From Planctomycetota bacterium (GTDB taxonomy: Bacteria; Planctomycetota; JAJSAM01; JAJVHW01), in NCBI GenBank assembly GCA_965248445.1, contig CBDFJG010000004.1:704001-768000 (forward strand): a stretch of 64,000 nucleotides of DNA. The letters run 5' to 3'. The notes beneath the pieces were generated by a model that ran no database searches, was not told the DNA's origin, and saw nothing but the letters and a program-made list of their open reading frames with translations. Shown here one piece after another: positions 8,841 to 17,912 of this stretch (its first letter is position 1; each line of letters opens with the position of its first letter). A program made the position numbers and the translations under genes.

Positions 8841-10196
8841 CTACTCGGCCTCGCCCGTGGTCGCCGCAGCCAACCCCACGCGGAGCTCGACCGGGAACGC
8901 ATAGCGCGGATCCTCCCGCTCCTCGGCGTTGCGGACCAGCGTGGCGAGCCGCCTCACCGCCCGGCGTCGGGTCTGCTCCTTGCCCTCCAGGGTCACAAGG
9001 ATGTCCTTCGACAGATCCAGCATGTGGTCGTCGAGTTGGACCGAGAGCGACTCCAGCCAGCCCCGGCGCTCGGCCGCGGTCCGGGCCGGGTCGCGGGACC
9101 GCGGGTTGACGATCGAGATATCGATCGCGTTGCGCTCGGGGTCGAGTTCGGCCACCACGTTGGACCGCAGCCACGGGCTCTCCCACCTCAGCCAGTAGAA
9201 GGTGGTCTTCCAGTCGCGGACCGGCTCCCAGCGGATCTTCTTCGGCCGCGGATTCCGCACGTGGTCCGCCATCCACTCGAGTCCTGGGCCGGCGCCCTTC
9301 TCGGGGAACGCGTGCCCGCGGCCGTCCACCTCCTCGTACACGAACTCCCAGCCCGCGGAGTCTTCCGCGTGGAGCTTGGCGAGCTGCGCGCACGCGAACA
9401 CGTTCGCAGCGGCCGGCACGTTCGGATCGTCGAGGCTCTGGTAGACGAACAGCGGCAGGTTGTAGAGGTTGGGCAGGTACCCCTCGAGGACGCCGTCCGC
9501 CTCCTTGTCCTTCTTCCCCGGCAGCCAGAAGACGGTCGGCGCGCCGGCGAACGCAGTGCCCGCGGCGAACAGGTCCGCGTGCACCGCGCCGTACGTCCAG
9601 GTGCCGAAGCCCCCCATCGAGTGACCGGTGACATAGACGCGATCGGGATCCACGTCCGAGGCCCGGCGTGCCGCCCGCAACAGTTCGAGCACCCACTTCT
9701 CCGTGTCCACCGGATCTGTCCAGCCGTACTCCGTCTTCTGCAGCACCTCCGGGTAGAGGCCGCGCATCTTGAGCGAGGAGATGCCGCCGCTGAACGAGGA
9801 CCGCGCCTGTCCGCAGTCGCCGGAACCGGCACCGCCGCCGTGGAGCGCGAGCACGAGTCCCTTCTTGCCCTTGCCCGACGTCATGTAGCGGCCCTTCCAG
9901 CCGTCCTTCTTCTTGTCGAACCACTCGCCGCCGCCTTTGTCGATCTTGCGACCGCGCTTCTGCACGCGTTCGACTGCGAGTTCCTGCAGTGCCGGAACCT
10001 CTTTCGCGGTGAGCGGCGCCGCCGCCTCGATGGCCGCCCATGCCTTGGCTCGGTCCTTGTCCTTCTTCGCCTTGCAGTACGCCTTGACCAGCGAAGCGTG
10101 CGACGGGGCGGCGGAAGCGACGGGCGCGGGGTCGCGGAGCAGCATCGCAAGGGCGAGCGTGGGCAGGATGGTGAGAGTGACGGCGCGACGGATCAC
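8841..10196 (-). CDS. Secreted alpha/beta hydrolase (esterase/peptidase)
   Basis: Signal-like N-terminus, LALHGGG, nucleophile GHSMGG, DPNV, RGHAF; start codon uncertain. Confidence 0.8.
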   Translation of the reverse strand: MIRRAVTLTILPTLALAMLLRDPAPVASAAPSHASLVKAYCKAKKDKDRAKAWAAIEAAAPLTAKEVPALQELAVERVQKRGRKIDKGGGEWFDKKKDGWKGRYMTSGKGKKGLVLALHGGGAGSGDCGQARSSFSGGISSLKMRGLYPEVLQKTEYGWTDPVDTEKWVLELLRAARRASDVDPDRVYVTGHSMGGFGTWTYGAVHADLFAAGTAFAGAPTVFWLPGKKDKEADGVLEGYLPNLYNLPLFVYQSLDDPNVPAAANVFACAQLAKLHAEDSAGWEFVYEEVDGRGHAFPEKGAGPGLEWMADHVRNPRPKKIRWEPVRDWKTTFYWLRWESPWLRSNVVAELDPERNAIDISIVNPRSRDPARTAAERRGWLESLSVQLDDHMLDLSKDILVTLEGKEQTRRRAVRRLATLVRNAEEREDPRYAFPVELRVGLAAATTGEAE

Positions 10197-10264
10197 GCGC
10201 CCAAGAGTACATGGCCCCGTCCACACAGCGCAGTCCACGCGACGCACTCGCACGGCATGCGTGA

Positions 10265-10707
10265 CTAGTCGGCAGTCAGGTCGATCTCGGTGCCGTCGGG
10301 CAGGATCAGCAGGACCGGCTCGACGACGCCGGACGACTGCTGCACGCCGACGACCACCGCGTCGGACTTCGAGCCGTCGATGTCGAACGCAATCGGGTCG
10401 TTCGCGAACTCGCTCTTCCGTTCTGCGAACGACACCGTCTGGCCGAACGAGAAGCTGACGTCCTCGATCTCGCCGACGTGCTCCGCGACCGTGGGATCGT
10501 CTCGGAGATCGGCTTCGACCATCTCGCCCATCTGCCCCATGCCCCAGAACATGGCGGCGGCGCCACCGCCGCAGCAGAGAAGCACCAGCAGCAGGATGAC
10601 ACCGACGACGATCCGACGATCAGGACTGTCTTGCCACCGCCCTTCTTGCCTTCCTCGCTCGGCGGGCTCAAGTCGTTCATGTCGTTCATGTCGGTCATGT
10701 CGGTCAT
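10265..10707 (-). pseudogene. Single-TM membrane protein (possibly Coa1-like) split by a 1-nt frameshift near 10613
   Basis: ORFs 10306..10707 and 10265..10585 join into ...GKTVLIVG/IVVGVILLLVLLCCGGG... if one base is added at GTC GG ATC. Confidence 0.65.
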
Positions 10708-10756
10708 CGTGCTACCTCCAGCGCGCCGCGCGCGGCGCTCCGTCTGACGTCGCCTG

Positions 10757-11101
10757 TCACATCGCGAAGCCGTTCACGCCGTCGTAGACACAGATCAGCA
10801 CCATGGGCGTGCCCAGGATGACGGGCACCATCGAGAGCAGCGCCAGGATCTTCGGGTCGTACTTGATGTGCATGAAGAAGCGCGCCACGAGCACGGCCTT
10901 CCACGCCGCGAGCGCGATCAGGATCAGCACCCCGATCATGAAGACCTCGGGCCGTTTGTGGTCCTCTCCCGGCGCGATCCAGAACGCCACCGCGAACTCG
11001 ATCCCCGTCAACACGGCGAGAGTGATGATCACGCGCACGTACACCGGCAGATGGCTCTCGTGCTCCGCGTGTTCGGCAGCGACTGCGTGCTCTGCACTCA
11101 T
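10757..11101 (-). CDS. Cytochrome c oxidase subunit IV family protein
   Basis: His-rich N-terminus, LAVLTGIEF, KAVLVARFFMHIKYD, three TM segments; follows subunit III. Confidence 0.88.
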   Translation of the reverse strand: MSAEHAVAAEHAEHESHLPVYVRVIITLAVLTGIEFAVAFWIAPGEDHKRPEVFMIGVLILIALAAWKAVLVARFFMHIKYDPKILALLSMVPVILGTPMVLICVYDGVNGFAM

Positions 11102-11148
11102 GGGCCGGGCTCCGATGGATGGGGCGAACGCCCAGAAGAGAAAGATGA

Positions 11149-11790
11149 TCAGAACAGGTAGATGATCGTGAAGAGCACGATCCAGACCAGATCGACGAAG
11201 TGCCAGAACAGCCCCACGAGTTCGACCGGGCTGTGGCTCTCTGCCGTGTACTTGCCGCGCATCGCGCCGATGAGGATGCACGAGAGGTAGATCACACCGG
11301 ACAGCACGTGCGTCCCGTGGAACGCCGTGCACGCGTAGAACGTCGCGCCGTACAGATGCGAGTTCACGTGCAAGCCGGCGTGCATCAGGTGCGCGTACTC
11401 GTAGATCTGAATTCCCAGGAACGTCGCGCCGAACAGGATCGTGGCGAGCAGCCAGAGCTTGAGCCCCTTCTGGTTGCCCTTCTTGATGTTGTGCATTGCC
11501 AGCACCATCGTGAAGGAGCTGCAGATCAGAATGAACGTGTTGACTCCGGTGAGGACCGGGTCGAGCGCCGGCAGGCCGGCCTCCGCGCCGCCGAACGCGC
11601 CTGCGACCGGACGCCACATCTCGGAGGTCATGCTGGCCCGCGCGATGATGTACGCGCCGATCAGGCCGACGAACCCCATCGCGTCGGAGCCGAGGAACAC
11701 CCACATGCCGAACTTGCCGGGCGTGAAGCCGAACCGCGAGAGCGAGTACTGCTCCTGCCCCATCGCGTCGATCGGTGCGACATTGCTCAT
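11149..11790 (-). CDS. Heme-copper oxidase subunit III
   Basis: GMWVFLGSD, NTFILICSSFT, FYACTAFHGTHV, GLFWHFVDLVW. Confidence 0.95.
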   Translation of the reverse strand: MSNVAPIDAMGQEQYSLSRFGFTPGKFGMWVFLGSDAMGFVGLIGAYIIARASMTSEMWRPVAGAFGGAEAGLPALDPVLTGVNTFILICSSFTMVLAMHNIKKGNQKGLKLWLLATILFGATFLGIQIYEYAHLMHAGLHVNSHLYGATFYACTAFHGTHVLSGVIYLSCILIGAMRGKYTAESHSPVELVGLFWHFVDLVWIVLFTIIYLF

Positions 11791-11845
11791 CGAGATGCGT
11801 CCTCGCTGATCCCAGTTGGTGCCCCGGGAGGCTTCCGTTCGGCTC

Positions 11846-12010
11846 CTAGAGCCACAACTTCCACACGAACGGCAGGATGAACAGGGTGGCCACGACTGCG
11901 ACGACGATCAGGCCGACGCGTCGCGCCCGCGCGCGCCTTGCCGGGTCCCCAGGATCTCCCTGGCCTCCCAGGTCGGCCGGCTCGTTTCCGCGCCGGTCTG
12001 CGGCCCCCAT
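11846..12010 (-). CDS. Small membrane protein, hypothetical
   Basis: C-terminal hydrophobic helix VGLIVVAVVATLFILPFVWKLWL; start uncertain. Confidence 0.4.
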   Translation of the reverse strand: MGAADRRGNEPADLGGQGDPGDPARRARARRVGLIVVAVVATLFILPFVWKLWL

Positions 12011-12188
12011 CGCGTCCGTCTCTCCCGCCAGCCGGTCCAGTCCATACAGGGTCCAATCCGTCCATCCGCTGACCCGCCGCCGGACCCGCGTGGTCCAACC
12101 CGGCCGGAGGGGCGACATTCAAACGCATCGAAGGGGCGACGTCATCCTTCGCTTCGGCCGCGGTCGGTGAAGCGCTCCCGGCCAGGCC

Positions 12189-12836
12189 TCACGCGCCCCC
12201 GGACATCAGCCCACGGTCCGCGAGCGAGGTGTAGGCGCCGTCCCCGACGATCACGTGGTCGAGCACGCGGATGCCGAGCAGATCGCCGGCATCCACGAGG
12301 CGCCTCGTGACGGCGAGGTCGTCGGCGGAGGGCGCCGGATCGCCGCTCGGGTGGTTGTGGACCAGGACGACGGCCGCGGCGCCGTGCCGCACGGCGGGTC
12401 CGAACACCTCGCGGGGATGGACCGGCGACGAGGTCAGCGTGCCCTGGGAGACCAGCTCCTCCCGCAACACGCGGTGCTTTCCGTCGAGAAGGAGCGTGAG
12501 GAAGCGCTCGACGCGCAGGTCCCGGAGCCGCGGACCGAAGTGGCGCTGGACGTCGCGGCTGCTGCGGAAGGGCATACCGCGGCGGAGCGGCCGGGCGCCT
12601 GCGCGGCGGATCAGCTCGGCGAGAGCGGCGACCCGCGCGGCGCGGGCCGGGCCAAGGCCCGGCAGGGCGCGGAGCTCGGCCGGACAGAGCCGTAGCAGCG
12701 GCCGCAGTCCTCCGGCCACGGCCAGGACCGGAGCAAGAACCGCCACGGACGGACCGCTCAAGACCGCCGCCAGGAGAGCTGCGTCGCTCTCCGACTCCAG
12801 GCGCGGATCCGTCGGGCAGGTGGCGAGCGCGGGCAT
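12189..12836 (-). CDS. radC: RadC family JAB-domain protein
   Basis: HhH GLGPARA, E-R-F, GTLTSSPVHPREVF, HNHPSGDPAPSADD, LDHVIVG. Confidence 0.95.
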   Translation of the reverse strand: MPALATCPTDPRLESESDAALLAAVLSGPSVAVLAPVLAVAGGLRPLLRLCPAELRALPGLGPARAARVAALAELIRRAGARPLRRGMPFRSSRDVQRHFGPRLRDLRVERFLTLLLDGKHRVLREELVSQGTLTSSPVHPREVFGPAVRHGAAAVVLVHNHPSGDPAPSADDLAVTRRLVDAGDLLGIRVLDHVIVGDGAYTSLADRGLMSGGA

Positions 12837-12883
12837 CGTGCGCGAGGAAGGACGCGCGAGCGAGGCACGTGGTTACGCTCAGC

Positions 12884-13277
12884 TCACTTCCCGCCCTTGG
12901 ACTGCTTCTTTCCCTCCGCGATGAGCCGGTCGAAATGCTCCGCGATCGCGTCGTAGTTGAGGATGAAGAGCAGAACGAGCGCGATCCCGACCGCGATCAG
13001 CGCCACGCGCTTGGCGGTCCGTACCAACGACACCCGCGGCACTCGGCACTCTGGCCTGTGCTGCGTCTCCCATCACGCCGCTCAGGAACGAGGGACTTGA
13101 CCGGTGCCGCTTGAAGGGGCCGCGCGCGCCTCGTTTCAACACGTTCGGGGTGCCGCAGTGCGGGCAGATCACCGTGTCGCCCTCGTGTTCGTCGTGCAGC
13201 AGCACTGGCTGCTCGCACTCCACGCAGCGCAGGAAGCGCCCATGATCGTCGGACGAGTGGCCTATCGATTTCCCCAT
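12884..13277 (-). pseudogene. Zn-ribbon plus TM protein frameshifted by a 7-bp tandem duplication
   Basis: CVEC...CPHC ribbon in one frame, TM tail VALIAVGIALVLLFILNYD...GK* in the next; removing one CGGCACT copy (13037-13050) gives one 128-aa ORF. Confidence 0.6.
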
Positions 13278-13312
13278 CGAGAGGAGAGTGTATCGCCCTC
13301 CAAACGCGCCGT

Positions 13313-14605
13313 CTATCGGGAGCGCACGCTCTTCTGAAACGACGCGTAGAGCTGCGCGATCGAGACGTCGTACGCCTGTTGAAACGACGGCTCGAGCCGC
13401 TCGCCCTCGTAGAGCCGCGCGAGCGCCGCGCGAAAGCTCGTGCCCCGCTCGCCGCGGCGCAGCCACTCGACGAACGCCAGAGACGTGTCGTACTGCAGGC
13501 GGGCGACGCCTTCGTCGGCAGTGGAGGCAAACGGTTTGATGAGCTGCGCGTAGTCGAGTCCCTTCACGATGCGCACGCGCCCGGCGGACGCCCGAACGTC
13601 GCGGCCCTCGTGGAGTTGCGCCAGCCCCTCGTGCAGCCAGGACGGCGCCCGCCGGCCCAGCGGAGCGAGCGCCGCGTGCACGTACTCGTGCCGCGCGCGC
13701 TTGAGGAGCTCTTCCTGCTTCGTACCGACGCCCTTGATCGGCAGGCGAATCTGTCCGTCGAACAGGCCGGCGACCCACTGATGGGCGCCGGTGGACGCGC
13801 GAAACGCCTCCTGGGACAGCAAGACGACCTTGAGCGGCCGGGTGATGGCGCTCTGGATGTCGGCGGAGACCACGCGATGCGCCTCCTCCAGCGTGCGGAG
13901 GACGTGCGACGCGAGCACGGTCTGCGTGGCGTCGTGGAGGACGGTGAAGTGCGAAGAGTGTTGCCGGGAGAGCGTCTGCTCGACGGCGAGCGCCTTCTTG
14001 GCGCGGTCGAGACGGCTGTGCAGCTTCGAGCTACGGGAGCCGAGGCGAACCGCGGTCTCCCACTCGGCGATCGCGTCTTCCAGGCGCCCCTCGCGATAGA
14101 GGACCATGCCCCACCGCTCGTAGGCCAGTGGCTCGCGGGTGCCGTTCTCGCGAGCCTCGGCCACCAGGAGCGCGGCGTCGTGGGGATACCCCTGCTCCTC
14201 GCGGCAGGCGGCGAGGTTCAGCAGGACGATCGGGTCCTTCGGAAGCAGCTTGCGTGCCTCCTCCGCTTGGTGCGCCGCGCGATCCGCCTCACCGCGCCCG
14301 AGCAGCCAGACCGACAGGTTCGACCGCGACAGCGCCAGGTTGCGCATGATCGTGTCGTCGGTGGGCGCCTCCTTGAGCGCGTTGCGGAACGCCTCGATGG
14401 CCTCGAGGTGCTTGCCGGCCTCGGCCAGGCGGATGCCCTCATCGTTCCAGCGAACGGCCTGCGGCGAGAGCGTCTCGGCGGCCGCCGCGGGCACGGCGAC
14501 CGAGAGGGACGCAGCGACGGAGAAGACGAGCAGCAACAGGAGACCGAACGGCACGGTCCACCGGACCGGGCCGACGCTGCAGCGGGGCGTCGTTCGTCGT
14601 GTCAC
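13313..14605 (-). CDS. TPR protein with peptidase MA-like metalloprotease domain
   Basis: Signal/TM, TPR-like helices, HEYVH followed by WLHEGLAQ; start uncertain. Confidence 0.85.
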   Translation of the reverse strand: MTRRTTPRCSVGPVRWTVPFGLLLLLVFSVAASLSVAVPAAAAETLSPQAVRWNDEGIRLAEAGKHLEAIEAFRNALKEAPTDDTIMRNLALSRSNLSVWLLGRGEADRAAHQAEEARKLLPKDPIVLLNLAACREEQGYPHDAALLVAEARENGTREPLAYERWGMVLYREGRLEDAIAEWETAVRLGSRSSKLHSRLDRAKKALAVEQTLSRQHSSHFTVLHDATQTVLASHVLRTLEEAHRVVSADIQSAITRPLKVVLLSQEAFRASTGAHQWVAGLFDGQIRLPIKGVGTKQEELLKRARHEYVHAALAPLGRRAPSWLHEGLAQLHEGRDVRASAGRVRIVKGLDYAQLIKPFASTADEGVARLQYDTSLAFVEWLRRGERGTSFRAALARLYEGERLEPSFQQAYDVSIAQLYASFQKSVRSR

Positions 14606-14656
14606 TGTTTGCGGGTCACTGGTTTGCGGGTCACTGGCTTACGGGTCACCGGTTGC
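14601..14656. repeat. Degenerate 14-15 bp tandem repeat
   Basis: GTCACTGTTTGCGG / GTCACTGGTTTGCGG / GTCACTGGCTTACGG / GTCACCGGTTGC. Confidence 0.7.
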
Positions 14657-14789
14657 TGGAACACCGCCCCCGAGTTGATGTCTCGGGGTGTGGCCGGTCC
14701 TCTCAGGACATTATGCCAGGGACACCGGTCGCCTTCGGCCCGGAGCGAGATTCACGGCGCACAAACCAGAACGTGCGTGCGCACCCAAT

Positions 14790-14898
14790 CGCATCATCTG
14801 CGTCAGCAGATGAGCCAAAAAGGAACGAGGCCGCGCCAGGAACCTGGCGCGGCCTCGTGGTGCTTCCAGTCGCGTCGTCTGCGTCAGCAGACGAGCCA
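14790..14898 (-). repeat. Two TGAC-loop hairpin elements flanking a terminator
   Basis: Minus strand TGGCTCGTCTGC-TGAC-GCAGACGACGCG (14871-14898) and TGGCTCATCTGC-TGAC-GCAGATGATGCG (14790-14817). Confidence 0.8.
14815..14858 (-). terminator. Intrinsic terminator
   Basis: 16-bp perfect inverted repeat ACGAGGCCGCGCCAGG-AA-CCTGGCGCGGCCTCGT followed on the minus strand by TCCTTTTT. Confidence 0.8.
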
Positions 14899-14916
14899 GA
14901 GAGCAATCGACCGGCT

Positions 14917-15528
14917 TCAGCCGGTCGACCCGAACGCCTCGGCCAGCTTCGTCGCGGCCCCCGGCGGCGTGCCCGTCTCGGAGTCGCGGATGCCGAGCGT
15001 GACCAGCATGCCGAGGATCAGGAACACGAACGTGACGGTCATCACGAACGCCCAGATCAGGTCGCTGGGGGCCTTCTCCTGCGCGGCGGCGCGGGCGCGG
15101 CGCGGGCGCCCGGCAACGGCGACCGCGGCGAGCGGCTCGTCATCGACCATGTCGGTCATGTCACCCGGCTCGATGCCGAGCGGCTCGGTGCTCATGCCGA
15201 TCTCCTCGTCGACGAGCGTGTCCTGCGACGAGATCTCGGCCGTGGCCATGCCCGCGTCGGCGGCGGTCAGGTCGAGGTCGTCGCCCTCATCGAAGATCAG
15301 GTCGTCGGTCAGCGTCTCGCTGGCGTCGCCGGCCGAGAGGTCGATGACCCCCGCGACCTCGTCGTCGCCATCGAGGTTCTCGACGTCCGCGCGACGGAAC
15401 TTCATCTCGTCGCCTTCGCGGAACGCTCGGATCTCGCCCTCGGAGACGAGGCGCTTCAGCCGCGTCTCGTCGATCTGCAGCTTCTTGAGGACCTCGTCGA
15501 ACGTGAAGAACTCGCCGCTCTTACCCAC
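14917..15528 (-). CDS. Excisionase-like HTH (HTH_17-type) + acidic linker + C-terminal TM protein
   Basis: FFTFDEVLKKLQIDETRLKRLVSEGEIRAFREGDEMKFRRADVE; D/E-rich linker; hydrophobic helix; GGAGGT RBS. Confidence 0.85.
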   Translation of the reverse strand: MGKSGEFFTFDEVLKKLQIDETRLKRLVSEGEIRAFREGDEMKFRRADVENLDGDDEVAGVIDLSAGDASETLTDDLIFDEGDDLDLTAADAGMATAEISSQDTLVDEEIGMSTEPLGIEPGDMTDMVDDEPLAAVAVAGRPRRARAAAQEKAPSDLIWAFVMTVTFVFLILGMLVTLGIRDSETGTPPGAATKLAEAFGSTG

Positions 15529-15594
15529 TGTCTCACCTCCGTGCCGACTGCCCGACGACCTCTAGGTCTAACGACTCGCAGGACCAAGCCGATC

Positions 15595-16092
15595 TTAGCG
15601 CTCGTCGCCCCCGCCGGCATCACCGCCGCCGGCGTCGCCGCCGCTGCCCTCGCCGCCCGTCACACCTCCCGGTGCGTTGACGTCCACACGCTTCACCGGT
15701 CGACCGCCCCGATTGAGGCGCTTCTGCCGGTTCGCGAGCCTCTCGAGGTCCTCCGCCTTGTACTGCGAGTCGTCGTTGTACTCGTCGAGTTTGAGGTCCC
15801 ACTCTATGTTTCGCGCAGCGCGCAACTCAACAGATTTCCCCAGGTTGCTGGCGCCGTAGACGACCAGTCGCCGGGACTCCGTGTCGATGACCCAGAGCAC
15901 GCTCATGCCGCTTCCGACGCTACCCGTCGCGGCGATGAACCGGCCGTTGCTGGACATCGTCGAGTTCGCGTAACTCGAGCCGCCTTGCTGAGCCCACGCG
16001 GGCTCGCCCTGGCCTCCGACGAGGCTCCCCAGCAGGAAGGCCGAGAGGACCGCGAGGGCCCCGATCGCCAGGTTCTTCACGTCCATCCGCAT
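15595..16092 (-). CDS. Exported hypothetical protein
   Basis: GGAGGT RBS, signal peptide ending AWA-QQ, LWVIDTESRRLVVY, LRAARNIEWDL, Gly-rich tail. Confidence 0.75.
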   Translation of the reverse strand: MRMDVKNLAIGALAVLSAFLLGSLVGGQGEPAWAQQGGSSYANSTMSSNGRFIAATGSVGSGMSVLWVIDTESRRLVVYGASNLGKSVELRAARNIEWDLKLDEYNDDSQYKAEDLERLANRQKRLNRGGRPVKRVDVNAPGGVTGGEGSGGDAGGGDAGGGDER

Positions 16093-16218
16093 GCAACACC
16101 TCCAGCCCCGCGCGAGAGCGGGTCGCGGAGGGTACCGCCCACCGGTCACGGGAGGATCGCCGATTCGGCCGACGCTCCGGCCTCCAGGCGCCGGGAGGTC
16201 CGTTCCGGGGGGCCGGCC

Positions 16219-17688
16219 TCAGTCCAGGAACGCCGGCAGCGAGAAGAGGACGTCCAGCCCCCCCTCCTCCCGGGGCCGAAGTTCCACGCCGCCGCCGTGG
16301 TCGTCGAGGATCTTGTGGACGGTGGCAAGCCCCAGCCCCGAACCCTTGCCCTGCTCCTTCGTGGTGTAGAAGAGGTCGAAGGCGCGAGAGAGCTGTTCGG
16401 GCGACATCCCGGGTCCCGTGTCGCGGATCCTCAGCAGGACTCGCCCGTCCTGCTGCCAGGTGCGGACCTCGAGGCGGCGCTCGTCGACGTCCCCCTCCGT
16501 GAGCGCGTCCAGCGCGTTCAACATGACGTTCAGGGTCGCCTGTTGAAGCTCGTAGAAGTCGCCGAAGACGCGGTTCGCCTGCTCGGTGAGCTCGACCACA
16601 ACGTCGACCCCCTCGCGTTCGACTCGGTGGCGCACCAGAGCGAGTGCCGGCGCCACGACGTCGTTCAGTTCCAACGGCTGCGGCGCCACTGCGTGAGGCG
16701 TGAATCGGAGGATCTTCGCGACCGTGGCCTCGATGCGCTGCAGACCGCCCTCGACCAGCAGCAGGTACTCATCGCGGCGCTCGGTGGGCATCTGCTTGGT
16801 GCGCAGGGCGCGGATCGCATTAGTCATGCCGCCGAGCGGGTTGTTGACCTCGTGGGCGATCCCCGCGGCAAGCGTTCCGGTCGCCGCCAGTCGCTGCGCG
16901 ATGACGAGCGAGTCCTGCGTGCGCCGGGCGCGGCGCAGCGCCGAGCCGATGCGATCCTGCAGGTCTCCGTGGAGCACGCCCAGTTCGTCCATCATCGAGT
17001 TGAAGGCCACGACCACCTTCTGGATCTCGTCCTCCCGGCCCGTCGAGGGGACCGACGTCGTGTAGTCGCCCTCCGCGACGCGCTGGGCCCCGCGGGCGAC
17101 GGCCCGCAGCGGGCGCGTGACGATGCGGTCGGCGATGAACCATGTCAGGAGCAGCAGGATGACGCCCGCGGCGACCAGCACGAGAAACGTGACGCGTCCG
17201 GCTGCCACAGCGTCGATCTCGAGGGGTCTGAGCTCGAGGAAAACGACGGTGCGGCGACCCTCCCGGTCCGGCCGGCCGGTCAGGCGCGGGCCGGGGACCG
17301 CCACGGCGCGGCCCTCCCGAATGCCGCTCTCCGTCTCGACGACGACGCTCACGCTACTGAGCGCCCGCTCGGCGACGACGGCGTTGTCGGTGATCTCGCC
17401 CCAGGAGCGGTCAGGGACCGGGGTGCCGTCGGCGTCGATGCGATACACGGCGAGCGAGGTGAGCTGCCGGTGCAACCTGCCCGCGGGGTCGATGAGCAGC
17501 GAGTCGGCGGGCGTCTCGATCGGCAGCGTGCTCGCCAGACCGCCGGCGAACGCGGCCATCGTGTCGTAGTGCTCGCGCATGCGATCGGCGCGATGGGACT
17601 CGGTGATCAGGGTGAACGCGACGAGGACGCCGAGCACGATGCAGAGCGTGACACCGATGGCACCGAACAGACGAGCGCGAAGAGTCAT
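16219..17688 (-). CDS. HAMP-domain sensor histidine kinase
   Basis: Two TMs, HAMP, H-box GIAHEVNNPL, N-box NVMLNALDA, DTGPGM, FYTTK, GSGLGL. Confidence 0.95.
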   Translation of the reverse strand: MTLRARLFGAIGVTLCIVLGVLVAFTLITESHRADRMREHYDTMAAFAGGLASTLPIETPADSLLIDPAGRLHRQLTSLAVYRIDADGTPVPDRSWGEITDNAVVAERALSSVSVVVETESGIREGRAVAVPGPRLTGRPDREGRRTVVFLELRPLEIDAVAAGRVTFLVLVAAGVILLLLTWFIADRIVTRPLRAVARGAQRVAEGDYTTSVPSTGREDEIQKVVVAFNSMMDELGVLHGDLQDRIGSALRRARRTQDSLVIAQRLAATGTLAAGIAHEVNNPLGGMTNAIRALRTKQMPTERRDEYLLLVEGGLQRIEATVAKILRFTPHAVAPQPLELNDVVAPALALVRHRVEREGVDVVVELTEQANRVFGDFYELQQATLNVMLNALDALTEGDVDERRLEVRTWQQDGRVLLRIRDTGPGMSPEQLSRAFDLFYTTKEQGKGSGLGLATVHKILDDHGGGVELRPREEGGLDVLFSLPAFLD

Positions 17689-17912
17689 GTCGTCGCGTGC
17701 AGACTACCGGGGGGACGCGGACGGGCGACGCACATCGCCCTCGCGCGGGCGAGGAGCGGCGCGGCGATCGGTTCGCGAGCGCCGTGACGCGCCGGAGCGC
17801 GAGCCATACCGAGACCGGCACCAATCGGCGCACGGTGTCGCCAACACACGCTCGGCCGGCGGCGCCTTACGCAGCGAGCACCGTTGCGCCGATTGGTACC
17901 GCGCTCGTCGGG

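Noticed and set aside
12108..12140. Direct repeat AGGGGCGAC x2 upstream of the oxidase genes as an operator
   Set aside because: Only 9 bp and GC-rich; cannot be distinguished from chance without comparative data
14917..15528. Prophage or ICE excisionase
   Set aside because: Fused to an acidic linker and TM; no integrase or phage genes nearby
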